32,000 nucleotides of DNA from the NCBI RefSeq assembly GCF_018398935.1, contig NZ_CP074694.1:30001-62000 (forward strand), in the 5' to 3' direction. The translations under genes and the position numbers were made by a program. This document shows positions 7,996 to 15,782 of the stretch, in pieces; the stretch's first letter is position 1; every line of letters begins with the position of its first letter. Origin of the DNA: Telmatocola sphagniphila (GTDB lineage Bacteria > Planctomycetota > Planctomycetia > Gemmatales > Gemmataceae). The notes under the pieces were generated by a model. It was not told the origin of the DNA and made no database searches. It was given only the letters and a program-made list of their open reading frames with translations.

Positions 7996-8229
7996 TCAGA
8001 CATCACTGTCCGTCAGCCGCTCGACGGCGGTGAGGAAGTCGTAATCGAGGGTGAGCAAGAGGTCGATGTTGTTGAAGTTTTTTTGGCAGTCGAAGCAGTG
8101 GGCGAGGTTGTTGCGTGGGTTGACGGTAGCCCGCATTTCGCCGCAGTTGGGGCAGAGGAAGCGGAAGTAGCCTTCGCTCATTTTCGAAGGTGGCCCATCG
8201 GCTCCCAGCGTGGCGATGGTGACGGGCAT
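7996..8229 (-). CDS. Small CHC2-type zinc-finger protein (primase-like zinc finger only)
   Basis: This covers the last 77 codons of ORF 7996..8631, starting from the ATG at 8229: MPVTIATLGADGPPSKMSEGYFRFLCPNCGEMRATVNPRNNLAHCFDCQKNFNNIDLLLTLDYDFLTAVERL. It has a C-x2-C ... H-C-x2-C pattern followed by an ID..L....F..AVE.L helix, as in CHC2 fingers. The upstream part of the listed ORF runs through the repeat element and looks non-coding. Confidence 0.55.
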   Translation of the reverse strand: MPVTIATLGADGPPSKMSEGYFRFLCPNCGEMRATVNPRNNLAHCFDCQKNFNNIDLLLTLDYDFLTAVERLTDSDV

Positions 8230-8257
8230 GGGCAAATCGTTGCGAATGCGGCGTAGG

Positions 8258-8934
8258 TGTCCCGAACCGAATTCTGGTCGCATTTGTAGCCGAATTAAAG
8301 CTGTAGGGATTTTGGCATTTTGAAGGGTGTTTTGCCGAATTCCGGGGAATTTTGGAGCGGTCTGATGACCGAGACCGGGGTGTTGCGATGGGCCGGCGTA
8401 GTCCGGCACGAGGCGCTGCCGTTCTCCGTTTATTGCCGAAGTGGTCCAAGAATTTTTGCCGCGAGAAGGCGTGTTCGGCTTGTACTCTCCGCCGAGGAGG
8501 CCACAATATAACGGTGCGATCGAAGCGGGCATAGGATCTTTGAAAAGTCGAATCGAACGTAGAGCTGCCTGGGAAGGCCATCCGGAAGTGTGGAACGCTG
8601 AGGATGTGGAGGCGGCTCGACGGGAAGCCAATGCCTTGGCTCGACCGAGAGGAGGTCTGGGTCCTACTCCCGAGACGCTTTGGAAAAGTCGGGAGAGAGT
8701 CGCAACAGAATCTCGCGATCAGTTCCGAGAGCTTGTTGAAATCCATCGGAACCGAGCTATGGAGGAGGAAGGAAAATCTCCTTCGGGAGTGTTGCTCGAG
8801 CAGGAAGCTCGCCGTATGGATCGAATTGCTTTACGCCGTGCTCTCGTCGATCACGGCGATCTTTTGTTCAAGAGAGGGCCAATTCCTCTAGTAATTAAAT
8901 CGCAAAAAACGGTAAATATTACGTGCGGAGTACA
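8258..8934 (+). mobile_element. Defective TGT...ACA element, copy A (677 bp): 171-bp non-coding left module plus the 3' part of an rve-type transposase gene
   Basis: Aligns without indels to 11548..12224 (about 26 mismatches by manual count, roughly 96 percent identity). It starts TGTCCCGAACCGAATTC and ends ...GTACA. Confidence 0.75.
8402..8923 (+). pseudogene. C-terminal fragment of an rve/DDE integrase-type transposase (copy A); N-terminal two-thirds absent, native stop lost
   Basis: The frame of ORF 8441..9016 is open from 8402, after a TAG at 8399. ...RSPFIAEVVQEFLPREGVFGLYSPPRRPQYNGAIEAGIGSLKSR resembles the segment around the third catalytic residue (P..PQ.NG.IE) of retroviral-integrase-fold transposases. 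No HTH and no first two Asp regions are present. Copy B stops at TGA 12214-12216; the equivalent codon in A is TGC, so A reads through to 9016. Confidence 0.65.
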
Positions 8935-9018
8935 CTCGACAGACGCGTGGCCAAGCAATGACTTGTACTATTTACATGCAACAAGATGCAAAATTGATTG
9001 TCGCTTGAGGATTTGAGC

Positions 9019-10281
9019 ATGACAGTTCCCGCAAATATGAAATTTGTCGTAGGCAGCATAATTAATTTACGAAGCAATAAACTGCAGATGGTTTTCCTGT
9101 TTAGCATCATTATGTTTATGAATTCATCCGGAGGTTATTCACTTGAAGCGCAAGACCTTAAAGCTCCTCCTCCTTTAAATCCTCAGGAAAATATTAATTT
9201 AAATATCAAACTAAATTCAGAGTGGATTCGCGAATTGGAGAACACATATGAAAGTCATTTGGTCTCCAAGTCGCGTGTTCGCTCTTCTATCTCTGAAATA
9301 ACAGAAATCGGTAAAAACCATGCTCTGTATACTCACGCCTTAAAATTAGATTATAATTACTGCATTCAAGAAGCGAATTATGGAACTGCACTTGAAATCG
9401 CAAATAAATTAATGGAGCATGATCCAAATAATTCTAATTATGAAAATTTAAGGGAGTACGCAAAACTTCATGTGACTCCTCCAAGCTTAAACGAATGGAG
9501 AAAAATTGTTGACCGGGCGTTATTAAGGAATCAATTTTCAGACAGTGAATTATTTAATTTAATAGTTGGCTCTTGCCTACTCAAAGATACAAAACTTATC
9601 AAGCACTTTATCTCTGTGAATGCGTTTGATAAAGACGTACGGCTTGTAAGCTTAAAAGGTTATTTAAATTATGCAGTTTTCAATGACAATAGAAAAGCTA
9701 TATCATTATTTAATCGTGCATTATCTGATGGAAGCGGAGATTGCCTTCAAAGTTTTGCGTTACGATATCGCTCACAATTTTGGGGGCTATCAGGCGACTC
9801 AGATAAAATGATATTTGATCTTGCACTTGCAGTAGCAACCGATCGAGATTCGAGTCGAAATAAATTTGATTCATTAACTTCTTTTTTTTCGGACCCAGTA
9901 ATCTTTTTTCAAAAACCAATTATGTCGTCAATATTAGCGAATGCGGAGCATACTACTTTCGAAGAAGACTTAAACTTTGAAAGGAAATCTATTTGCCTAA
10001 TATCCGCACTGATTAAAGCACGATATTTCGAGATTGCTTACGATAAGGTTAAACAACTCGAAATGTTTTCAACGGAATCGATTTATCCCTCAATTCTTCG
10101 ATACAATCTAGCTCTCGCAGAAGGCAAACAAGAACTGGCAATAAAAATATTAGAGACGGAGCGTTTAAAAGCAAATTATCATGAGTTTTGGGATGCTTTG
10201 TTAATTGAGAACTGGATACATAACGAGCAAATTTATGGGGCAAATAAAGAAAAGGCACTTTTAATTGTAAAAAAAGGCTAA
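9019..10281 (+). CDS. Secreted all-helical TPR-like repeat protein (low-GC gene)
   Basis: ORF 8998..10281, with ATG options at 9019 or 9037. The N-terminus has a signal-peptide-like stretch (KLQMVFLFSIIMFMNSSGGYSLEA). The protein is rich in Asn/Lys/Ile/Leu with repeated A..L.....Y..A helical-pair patterns. I recognise no specific family. Confidence 0.7.
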   Translation: MTVPANMKFVVGSIINLRSNKLQMVFLFSIIMFMNSSGGYSLEAQDLKAPPPLNPQENINLNIKLNSEWIRELENTYESHLVSKSRVRSSISEITEIGKNHALYTHALKLDYNYCIQEANYGTALEIANKLMEHDPNNSNYENLREYAKLHVTPPSLNEWRKIVDRALLRNQFSDSELFNLIVGSCLLKDTKLIKHFISVNAFDKDVRLVSLKGYLNYAVFNDNRKAISLFNRALSDGSGDCLQSFALRYRSQFWGLSGDSDKMIFDLALAVATDRDSSRNKFDSLTSFFSDPVIFFQKPIMSSILANAEHTTFEEDLNFERKSICLISALIKARYFEIAYDKVKQLEMFSTESIYPSILRYNLALAEGKQELAIKILETERLKANYHEFWDALLIENWIHNEQIYGANKEKALLIVKKG

Positions 10282-10373
10282 ATGTTGTACAGTCATCCCA
10301 GAGATGGCCTTTATACGAAAAGCTTTTATCAAATGACGCCAACAGAAGTTACGTTCTCAATCAAATAAGCAAA

Positions 10374-11333
10374 TTGAGACAATTTGATCTAGAAAAAAAT
10401 GTTTTTATTCAAGATCAGATGCCATATACTTGGCTTCTTGATCCAAAAAGTGTTGTTAACTGGGCACCTACCAAGCCATATAATAGTTCCAAGATATCTA
10501 TAGAACGTAATAGCAATCTTCTCATTGAGATGTCGCAAGAAGCCGACTACATTCTGGGCCCTTGGCAAAAAGCGCTGGATCTGGCGCAGGAAAGATTAGA
10601 CAATCCGGATGTGTCCGACCAAGATAAATATTATGCTCTACGTTGTCTAATATTTACATACATTATTTATGGTCATGCAGGTAAATATACTGAAATACAG
10701 ATCACGAAAATGCTATCTGAACTTAATCCCAAATTAGAACAACCTTCATTAGTTCATTATTGGTATTTTAATGTGTTTAGAGGGCAAAAAACAGACGAAG
10801 CCTTAGATTTTTGGAAGAAATTTACAATTAGTTTTAAAAATTATCCACAAGGCCATGCATCTTATATAGCCGCGCTTATTAATTCAGGTCATCTTTCTGA
10901 AGCAGATAGTTTGATTAGAAAAATCCCAGCTGAACATCGAGATATTATTGAAATCAAATTAGCTGAAGCGCTCTATAAAATTCGCACGTCAAAATATGGA
11001 GAAGCATATAACATACTTAAAAAAGTTGAACTTGAGCCAAAATCGCTTTCTTGCGCCAAACAACACGCATTGTATAAGTGCGAACTATGCATCAAAGATA
11101 AAAATTACGACGGCTGCTTAGTCGAGTGCGCCTATCTCTTAAAATTAGCCTATTGCGACAAGCAATTGATATACATTTCGTTCAAGTATGCACAGGAGGC
11201 TTTCGAAATGAAAGGAAAAAATACGCTTTCATATTTAACCGCTTGTCAAATGTTAAAAATTAAGGAAAATGATTCATATGCAAAAGAAGCGATTCGTAAT
11301 TTGGTCGAAAAAATCAAAGCTCAGCTTCACTAA
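10374..11333 (+). CDS. TPR-like helical repeat protein (low-GC gene), no obvious signal peptide
   Basis: ORF 10374..11333 starts at a TTG; the first ATG is at 10419. It has helical repeat patterns (KALDLAQERLDNPD, YYALRCLIFTYIIYGH, GHASYIAALINSGHLSEADSLIRK, YGEAYNILKKV). The start is uncertain. Confidence 0.65.
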   Translation: MRQFDLEKNVFIQDQMPYTWLLDPKSVVNWAPTKPYNSSKISIERNSNLLIEMSQEADYILGPWQKALDLAQERLDNPDVSDQDKYYALRCLIFTYIIYGHAGKYTEIQITKMLSELNPKLEQPSLVHYWYFNVFRGQKTDEALDFWKKFTISFKNYPQGHASYIAALINSGHLSEADSLIRKIPAEHRDIIEIKLAEALYKIRTSKYGEAYNILKKVELEPKSLSCAKQHALYKCELCIKDKNYDGCLVECAYLLKLAYCDKQLIYISFKYAQEAFEMKGKNTLSYLTACQMLKIKENDSYAKEAIRNLVEKIKAQLH

Positions 11334-11406
11334 ATATCGTTTTGTATTTAGAGATTGTACCCGTTCACACTTTCTCAGAAATTTAAAGAGCGATTAGACT
11401 GGTGTG

Positions 11407-11547
11407 ATGAAGCAAGAAGGAATCTTGCCAACGGAACTTCGCAGTCGCATCCCCGAGGATGTTTTTCCCGATTTGGAAGCTTGGATTGCTAAACGTTTTA
11501 TGGAATTCGGTCAAATTTTAGCTCAGTACGAGCAACGCATCGCTACT
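11407..11547 (+). pseudogene. 5' half of a small ORF cut by repeat copy B
   Basis: MKQEGILPTELRSRIPEDVFPDLEAWIAKRFMEFGQILAQYEQRIAT, then the TGT end of copy B starts at 11548, exactly on a codon boundary. Confidence 0.3.
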
Positions 11548-12224
11548 TGTCCCGAATCGAATTCTGGTCGCATTTGTAGCCGAATTAAAGCTGTAGGGAT
11601 TTTGGCATTTTGAAGAGTGTTTTGCCGAATGCCAGGGAATTTTGGAGCGGTCTGAGGGCCGAGGCCGGGGTGTTGCGATGGGCCGGCGTAGTCCGGCACG
11701 AGGCGCTGCCGTTCGCCGTCTATTGCCGAAGTAGTCCAAGAATTTTTGCAGCGAGAAGGTGTGTTCGGCTTGTACTCTCCGCCGAGGAGGCCACAATATA
11801 ACGGTGCGATCGAAGAGGGCATTGGATCTATGAAAAGTCGAATCGAACGTAGAGTTGCCTGGGAAGGCCATCCGGAAGTGTGGAACGCTGAGGATGTGGA
11901 GGCGGCTCGACGGGAAGCCAATGCCTTGGCTCGACCGAGAGGAGGTCTGGGTCCTACTCCAAAGGTGCTTTGGAAAAGTCGGGAGAGAGTCACGACAGAA
12001 TCTCGCGATCAGTTCCGAGAGCTTGTTGAAATCCATCGGAACCGAGCTATGGAGGAGGAAGGAAAATCTCCTTCGGGAGTGTTGCTCGAGCAGGAAGCTC
12101 GCCGTATGGATCGAATTGCTTTACGCCGTGCTCTCGTCGATCACGGCGATCTTTTGTTCAAGAGAGGGCCAATTCCTCTAGGAATTAAATCGCAAAAAAC
12201 GGCAAATATTACGTGAGGGGTACA
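11548..12224 (+). mobile_element. Defective TGT...ACA element, copy B (677 bp)
   Basis: Collinear with copy A at a constant offset of 3290 nt and in the same orientation. It starts TGTCCCGAATCGAATTC and ends ...GGGGTACA. Confidence 0.75.
11692..12216 (+). pseudogene. C-terminal fragment of an rve/DDE integrase-type transposase (copy B)
   Basis: Same frame and content as the copy A fragment (…RSPSIAEVVQEFLQREGVFGLYSPPRRPQYNGAIEEGIGSMKSR…RGPIPLGIKSQKTANIT). The TGA stop lies 8 nt from the element end. Confidence 0.65.
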
Positions 12225-12410
12225 TGGATAAATTTTTGGGAAAACACAGACACACGCTCACTTTTTGGGTTTCCAGTGACAGGAACATTCGTTGGAAAAG
12301 CGGAGAATTATTATATTTCCGCTGATGAATTTAAGAACAACAAACCGAGGCTTGACCCAACGAAAGGTCATGTCCATATTTTGTATCTGAACGATCTTTA
12401 CAAAAACTAG
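12225..12410 (+). pseudogene. 3' half of the small ORF cut by repeat copy B
   Basis: WINFWENTDTRSLFGFPVTGTFVGKAENYYISADEFKNNKPRLDPTKGHVHILYLNDLYKN. The first codon, TGG 12225, follows the ACA end directly and is in frame with 11407..11547 once the 677-bp element is removed. Confidence 0.3.
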
Positions 12411-12576
12411 AAAGAGCAGTCAAAAAAATAGCAGATGCCGCTTTTGCTGCAGCGAATGGACTTTAACTTAGAGGACCTTACAATACCTCTCTTTGTCCAT
12501 TGAAAAGCGCCTAAAACCTAAGCTTAGTTAGAACCTCTTATTCCAACTTGATTTGAAGCGACAACAGCTCTATCAC

Positions 12577-13229
12577 ATGGTAATTTTTATGACGAAGATT
12601 TTACAATTATTTGCACTTGCATATCGCCATATAAAAGTGCAAATTGCGAAAAAATATGTTATAGCTTTTCTTGTAATCTCTTGGTCATGCCAGAATACTT
12701 ACGCGCAATATTTGCCTAAATCTACTTTTGAGACATCGGAAGAATTGTTTTTTTCAGGTGCTCAAACTTGGGATAAATATGTTGTAAGCTATGGAGGAAA
12801 TGATTCTTGTGGGTGTGTGCAAATTCATGATTCAACTACTTTGAAGATTGTCTCAATAACAAAAAAACTTCCTGCGATGGTACGATCTATCGCTATCAAT
12901 GCAAATCCTTTCATGATAGCAGTTGGTCAACTCGATGGTTCGCTATATATACTGGGAAAAGATCTCTCGATAATAAAAAAATTAACCAAGGCACATGTTG
13001 GCGCGATCCGTTCAGTTTGCTTTGAACATAAAGGCAAATCACTTTTGTCTGCTGGGGAAGACAAAATAATAAAAAAATGGCCAATCGATCTTAGCAAAGA
13101 ACTTGGACAATTAAAGGATCACAAGCAAGCAATCAACTCAGTAATTTGTATACCGAATGAGAACATCATTCTCTCGGCTGACGAGGGAGGAGAGATTAAA
13201 GTGTGGAACGCTGAGGATATGAAACTAAT
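12577..13229 (+). pseudogene. WD40 repeat protein, 5' part (gene interrupted by an IS1380-family element)
   Basis: ORF 12553..13245, with ATG options at 12577 or 12589. It has a signal/anchor-like stretch, KKYVIAFLVISWSCQNTYA. WD-type repeats are visible (AHVGAIRSVCFEHKGKSLLSAGEDKIIKKW, DHKQAINSVICIPNENIILSADEGGEIKVW). The reading frame is broken at 13229/13230 by the IS. Confidence 0.75.
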
Positions 13230-15083
13230 CCTTAAACCAGCGTAGTTTTTTGGAGAATTGTTTCGATTTATCGAAGAAAGCTCGAAATCCTTTTTGTTTT
13301 CTGCGGTTTGTGTAAGTAACCGCTTAACAAATCGACAGTCGCAAAAAGGAGTTTCGAGTGAATGTTATTTTCGGACGTTGGTTTCAAAAATGCAAGAGTC
13401 GAATCGAACGTCGCCTGGCTAAGCGAGAGGCCGCGATGACCTTCGCTCCTTCTTTCGACGCCTCCAACATTCATTACGAAGTCTCCGAACGCGTGGGGGC
13501 GATCAGTTGCGGAGGCCTCGGGGCCATGCACCTTCTGGCCCGGCGTATCGGACTGATCGACGACATCGACGAGAAGCTGCATCTGCTCCAATTTCAAAGG
13601 CCTTACTCGGAATCGGACCACGTGTTGGCCATCGCTTACAATTCCCTTTGCGGGGGTACCTGCCTGCAAGACATGGAACTGCGTCGCACGGACGAAAACT
13701 TTCTCAACGCCTTGGGCACTCAGCGTTTTCCCGACCCGACTACTTCGGGCGACTTTTGTCGACGCTTCGATAGTGGCAGCATCCAGGCTTTGATCGACGC
13801 TTTCAACCAGACCCGTTTACGCGTCTGGTCGAAGCAACCCGATTCCTTTTGGGAATGCGCGAAGATCGACGCCGACGGCAGCTTTACCCAAACGCGTGGC
13901 GAGCGTAAAGCGGGGATGGACATCAACTATAACAGAGACTGGTGTTACCACCCCCTGGCGGTGACCCTGGCCAACACCGGTGAGACGCTGAGCATCGTCA
14001 ACCGTCCCGGCAATCGCCCTTCGCACGAAGGGGCCGCGGTCGAACTCGACCGGGCTCTTTTGCTGTGCCTTCAAGCGGGCTTTCGCAGGATCGTCTTTCG
14101 CGGCGACACCGATTTCTCGCAGACCACTCGCCTCGACGGCTGGGATGCCAACGCCAAGGTACGCTTTTATTTCGGCTACGATTCGAAGCAAAACCTCGAA
14201 GCAATCGCGGAAAAACTGCCGGAAGCGGCTTGGCACAAGCTCGAGCGTCCCGCGCAATACTCGGCGAAAGCGAAGTTGCGACACCGACGGGAAAACACCA
14301 AGGAGCGGATCGTCCAAGAGCGGGAATTCGTAAATGTGAAGTTGATCTCCGAAGCGGTGGCCGAGTTCGAGTACCAACCGACCGCTTGCCGAAGGGCGTA
14401 TCGCCTGGTGGTGATTCGCAAGAATCTTTCCGTGGAAAAAGGCGAATCCGTTCTGTATCCGGACGAACGCTATTTCTTCTACATCACCAACGACCGGGAG
14501 TGCACGGCCGCCGAAGTCGTCTACGAAGCCAACGATCGCTGCAATCAGGAAAATCTGATAGCGCAGCTCAAGGGCGGTTGCCGGGCCTTGCACGCGCCGC
14601 TGCACGATCTGGAAAGCAATTGGGCGTACATGGTGATGGCCTCCCTGGCCTGGAACTTGAAAGCCTGGTGGGCCTTGACGTTGCCGGAAACTCCCGGTCG
14701 CTGGCGGGAAAAGCATCGGGACCAGAAGCAGTCGGTTTTGAAAATGGAATTCAAAACCTTCCTCAATGCTTTCATGCTTCTGCCTTGTCAGATCGTCCGG
14801 AAGGCCGGCCGCATCGTCTATCGATTGCTCGGCTGGAACCCGCACTTGCCGATCTTCTTCCGACTACTGAAAGCACTGAGGTGCTGATCGTTCGACCGAC
14901 TGAAGTCGGGATCCGGATGTCCCGATCCGATAAAACGCCGAGAGCTATTCGCGGAAAGGAAGAATGTTTGAAAAATAGAAGTATGCGTTCGGCCGAGCGA
15001 AAAGCTCCGGCGCGGAGGACTCATCGAACTATCTCGCTAAAACTCCCCACGGAATTGGCATCAAAAACTTCGCTTGTTTAAGG
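13230..15083 (+). mobile_element. IS1380-family insertion sequence (1854 bp)
   Basis: Terminal inverted repeats are CCTTAAACCAGCG (13230-13242) and CGCTTGTTTAAGG (15071-15083), matching 12 of 13 positions. The element is flanked by the direct repeat ACTAAT (13224-13229 and 15084-15089). It contains a single long transposase ORF. Confidence 0.85.
13358..14887 (+). CDS. IS1380-family DDE transposase
   Basis: A 509-aa ORF. Its N-terminal region (GLGAMHLLARRIGLIDDIDEKLHLLQFQRPYSESDHVLAIAYNSLCGGTCLQDMELRRTDENFLNALGTQRFPDPTTSGDFCRRF) matches the IS1380 transposase pattern as I remember it. The listed minus ORF 13817..14845 is its antisense shadow. Confidence 0.85.
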   Translation: MNVIFGRWFQKCKSRIERRLAKREAAMTFAPSFDASNIHYEVSERVGAISCGGLGAMHLLARRIGLIDDIDEKLHLLQFQRPYSESDHVLAIAYNSLCGGTCLQDMELRRTDENFLNALGTQRFPDPTTSGDFCRRFDSGSIQALIDAFNQTRLRVWSKQPDSFWECAKIDADGSFTQTRGERKAGMDINYNRDWCYHPLAVTLANTGETLSIVNRPGNRPSHEGAAVELDRALLLCLQAGFRRIVFRGDTDFSQTTRLDGWDANAKVRFYFGYDSKQNLEAIAEKLPEAAWHKLERPAQYSAKAKLRHRRENTKERIVQEREFVNVKLISEAVAEFEYQPTACRRAYRLVVIRKNLSVEKGESVLYPDERYFFYITNDRECTAAEVVYEANDRCNQENLIAQLKGGCRALHAPLHDLESNWAYMVMASLAWNLKAWWALTLPETPGRWREKHRDQKQSVLKMEFKTFLNAFMLLPCQIVRKAGRIVYRLLGWNPHLPIFFRLLKALRC

Positions 15084-15089
15084 ACTAAT

Positions 15090-15456
15090 TAGATCTTTTG
15101 TCGGCGAACAAGACTATATTCACAATCTCGCCATTATAAATGGTGCTCAAATCGCTTGCGTGACGAAAAATGGTCATCTTCAAAAATGGGATTTTATGAA
15201 AGGAAAACTCATCGACAAAACAGATCTTAAGGAAAATTGTCTATGTCTCCATTATAATAAAATGAAAGATCTGTATATTGTTGGCGCTCAAAATGGTGAT
15301 CTAATATGTATAGGCAGCGACTTCTCAAAAAAACCATTTATACTCAGTGATAATCATTGGTATAAAACAGGTATTTCGACAAATGAAGATTGTTCAATCA
15401 TATTCTCTACCAGTTTTGAAGGGTTTTTAGTGAAGTGGGAGTTTTCGAAGAATTAA
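15090..15456 (+). pseudogene. WD40 repeat protein, 3' part
   Basis: Removing 13230..15089 (the IS plus one ACTAAT copy) joins ...DMKLI to RSFVGEQDYIHNLAIINGAQIACVTKNGHLQKWDF... in frame. This gives a 1044-nt ORF of 347 aa plus stop. The listed ORF 15160..15456 is the tail of that frame. Confidence 0.75.
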
Positions 15457-15465
15457 TTATTTAGC

Positions 15466-15502
15466 GTTACGAATAGTATTAAAAATATGGTCAATTCGTA
15501 AC
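15466..15502 (+). terminator. Stem-loop downstream of the WD40 gene
   Basis: A 9-bp inverted repeat, GTTACGAAT (15466-15474) / ATTCGTAAC (15494-15502), with a 19-nt AT-rich loop. There is no clear T-tract. Confidence 0.3.
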
Positions 15503-15568
15503 CGTGCTGTGAAATGCGTACTTTGCTAGTCTGGAGAGTTTCTTTAACGGAGACTTTCCATGCCTCGA

Positions 15569-15739
15569 TGTCCCGAACCGAATTCTGGTCGCATTTGTAG
15601 CCGAATTAAAGCTGTATGGATTTTGGTATTTTGAAGGGTGTTTTGCCGAATTCCGGGGAATTTTGGAGCGGTCTGATGACCGAGACCGGGGTGTTGCGAT
15701 GGGCCGGCGTAGACCGGCACGAGGCGCTGCCGTTCGCCG
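15569..15739 (+). mobile_element. Defective TGT...ACA element, copy C (left 171 bp only)
   Basis: Matches copy A positions 8258-8428 with 4 mismatches and no indels, in the same orientation. Similarity stops abruptly after 15739. Confidence 0.7.
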
Positions 15740-15782
15740 CGAGCAGCAGAGGTTCGTAGAGGAACGGGCTTCCTGCGACTGA

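Noticed and set aside
7996-8746. Long minus-strand ORFs (7996..8631, 8003..8746, 11518..12036, 11523..11993) running through the repeat copies
   Set aside because: Their translations are Arg/Ser/Pro-rich with no domain pattern, and they lie antisense to the transposase fragment. Only the last 77 codons of 7996..8631, which lie outside the repeat, look like a real protein (the CHC2 finger).
12408-12464. The TAG stop at 12408-12410 is followed in frame by 17 more codons (KEQSKKIADAAFAAANGL) before a TAA
   Set aside because: This could be a nonsense mutation in the small split ORF, but 17 open codons in AT-rich DNA is weak evidence and no motif supports it.
13817-14845. A 342-aa minus-strand ORF inside the IS1380 element
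   Set aside because: It is antisense to the convincing IS1380 transposase frame and has an Arg/Gly/Pro-rich, non-protein-like composition. The same reasoning applies to 14065..15081 (+), which lies in an alternative frame.
15740-15782. The idea that copy C continues into a full-length transposase gene (ATG at the position equivalent to 8388 gives MGRRRPARGAAVRREQQRFVEERASCD, then a stop)
   Set aside because: All three plus-strand frames close within about 30 codons after the breakpoint, and the only sizeable ORF downstream is on the opposite strand.
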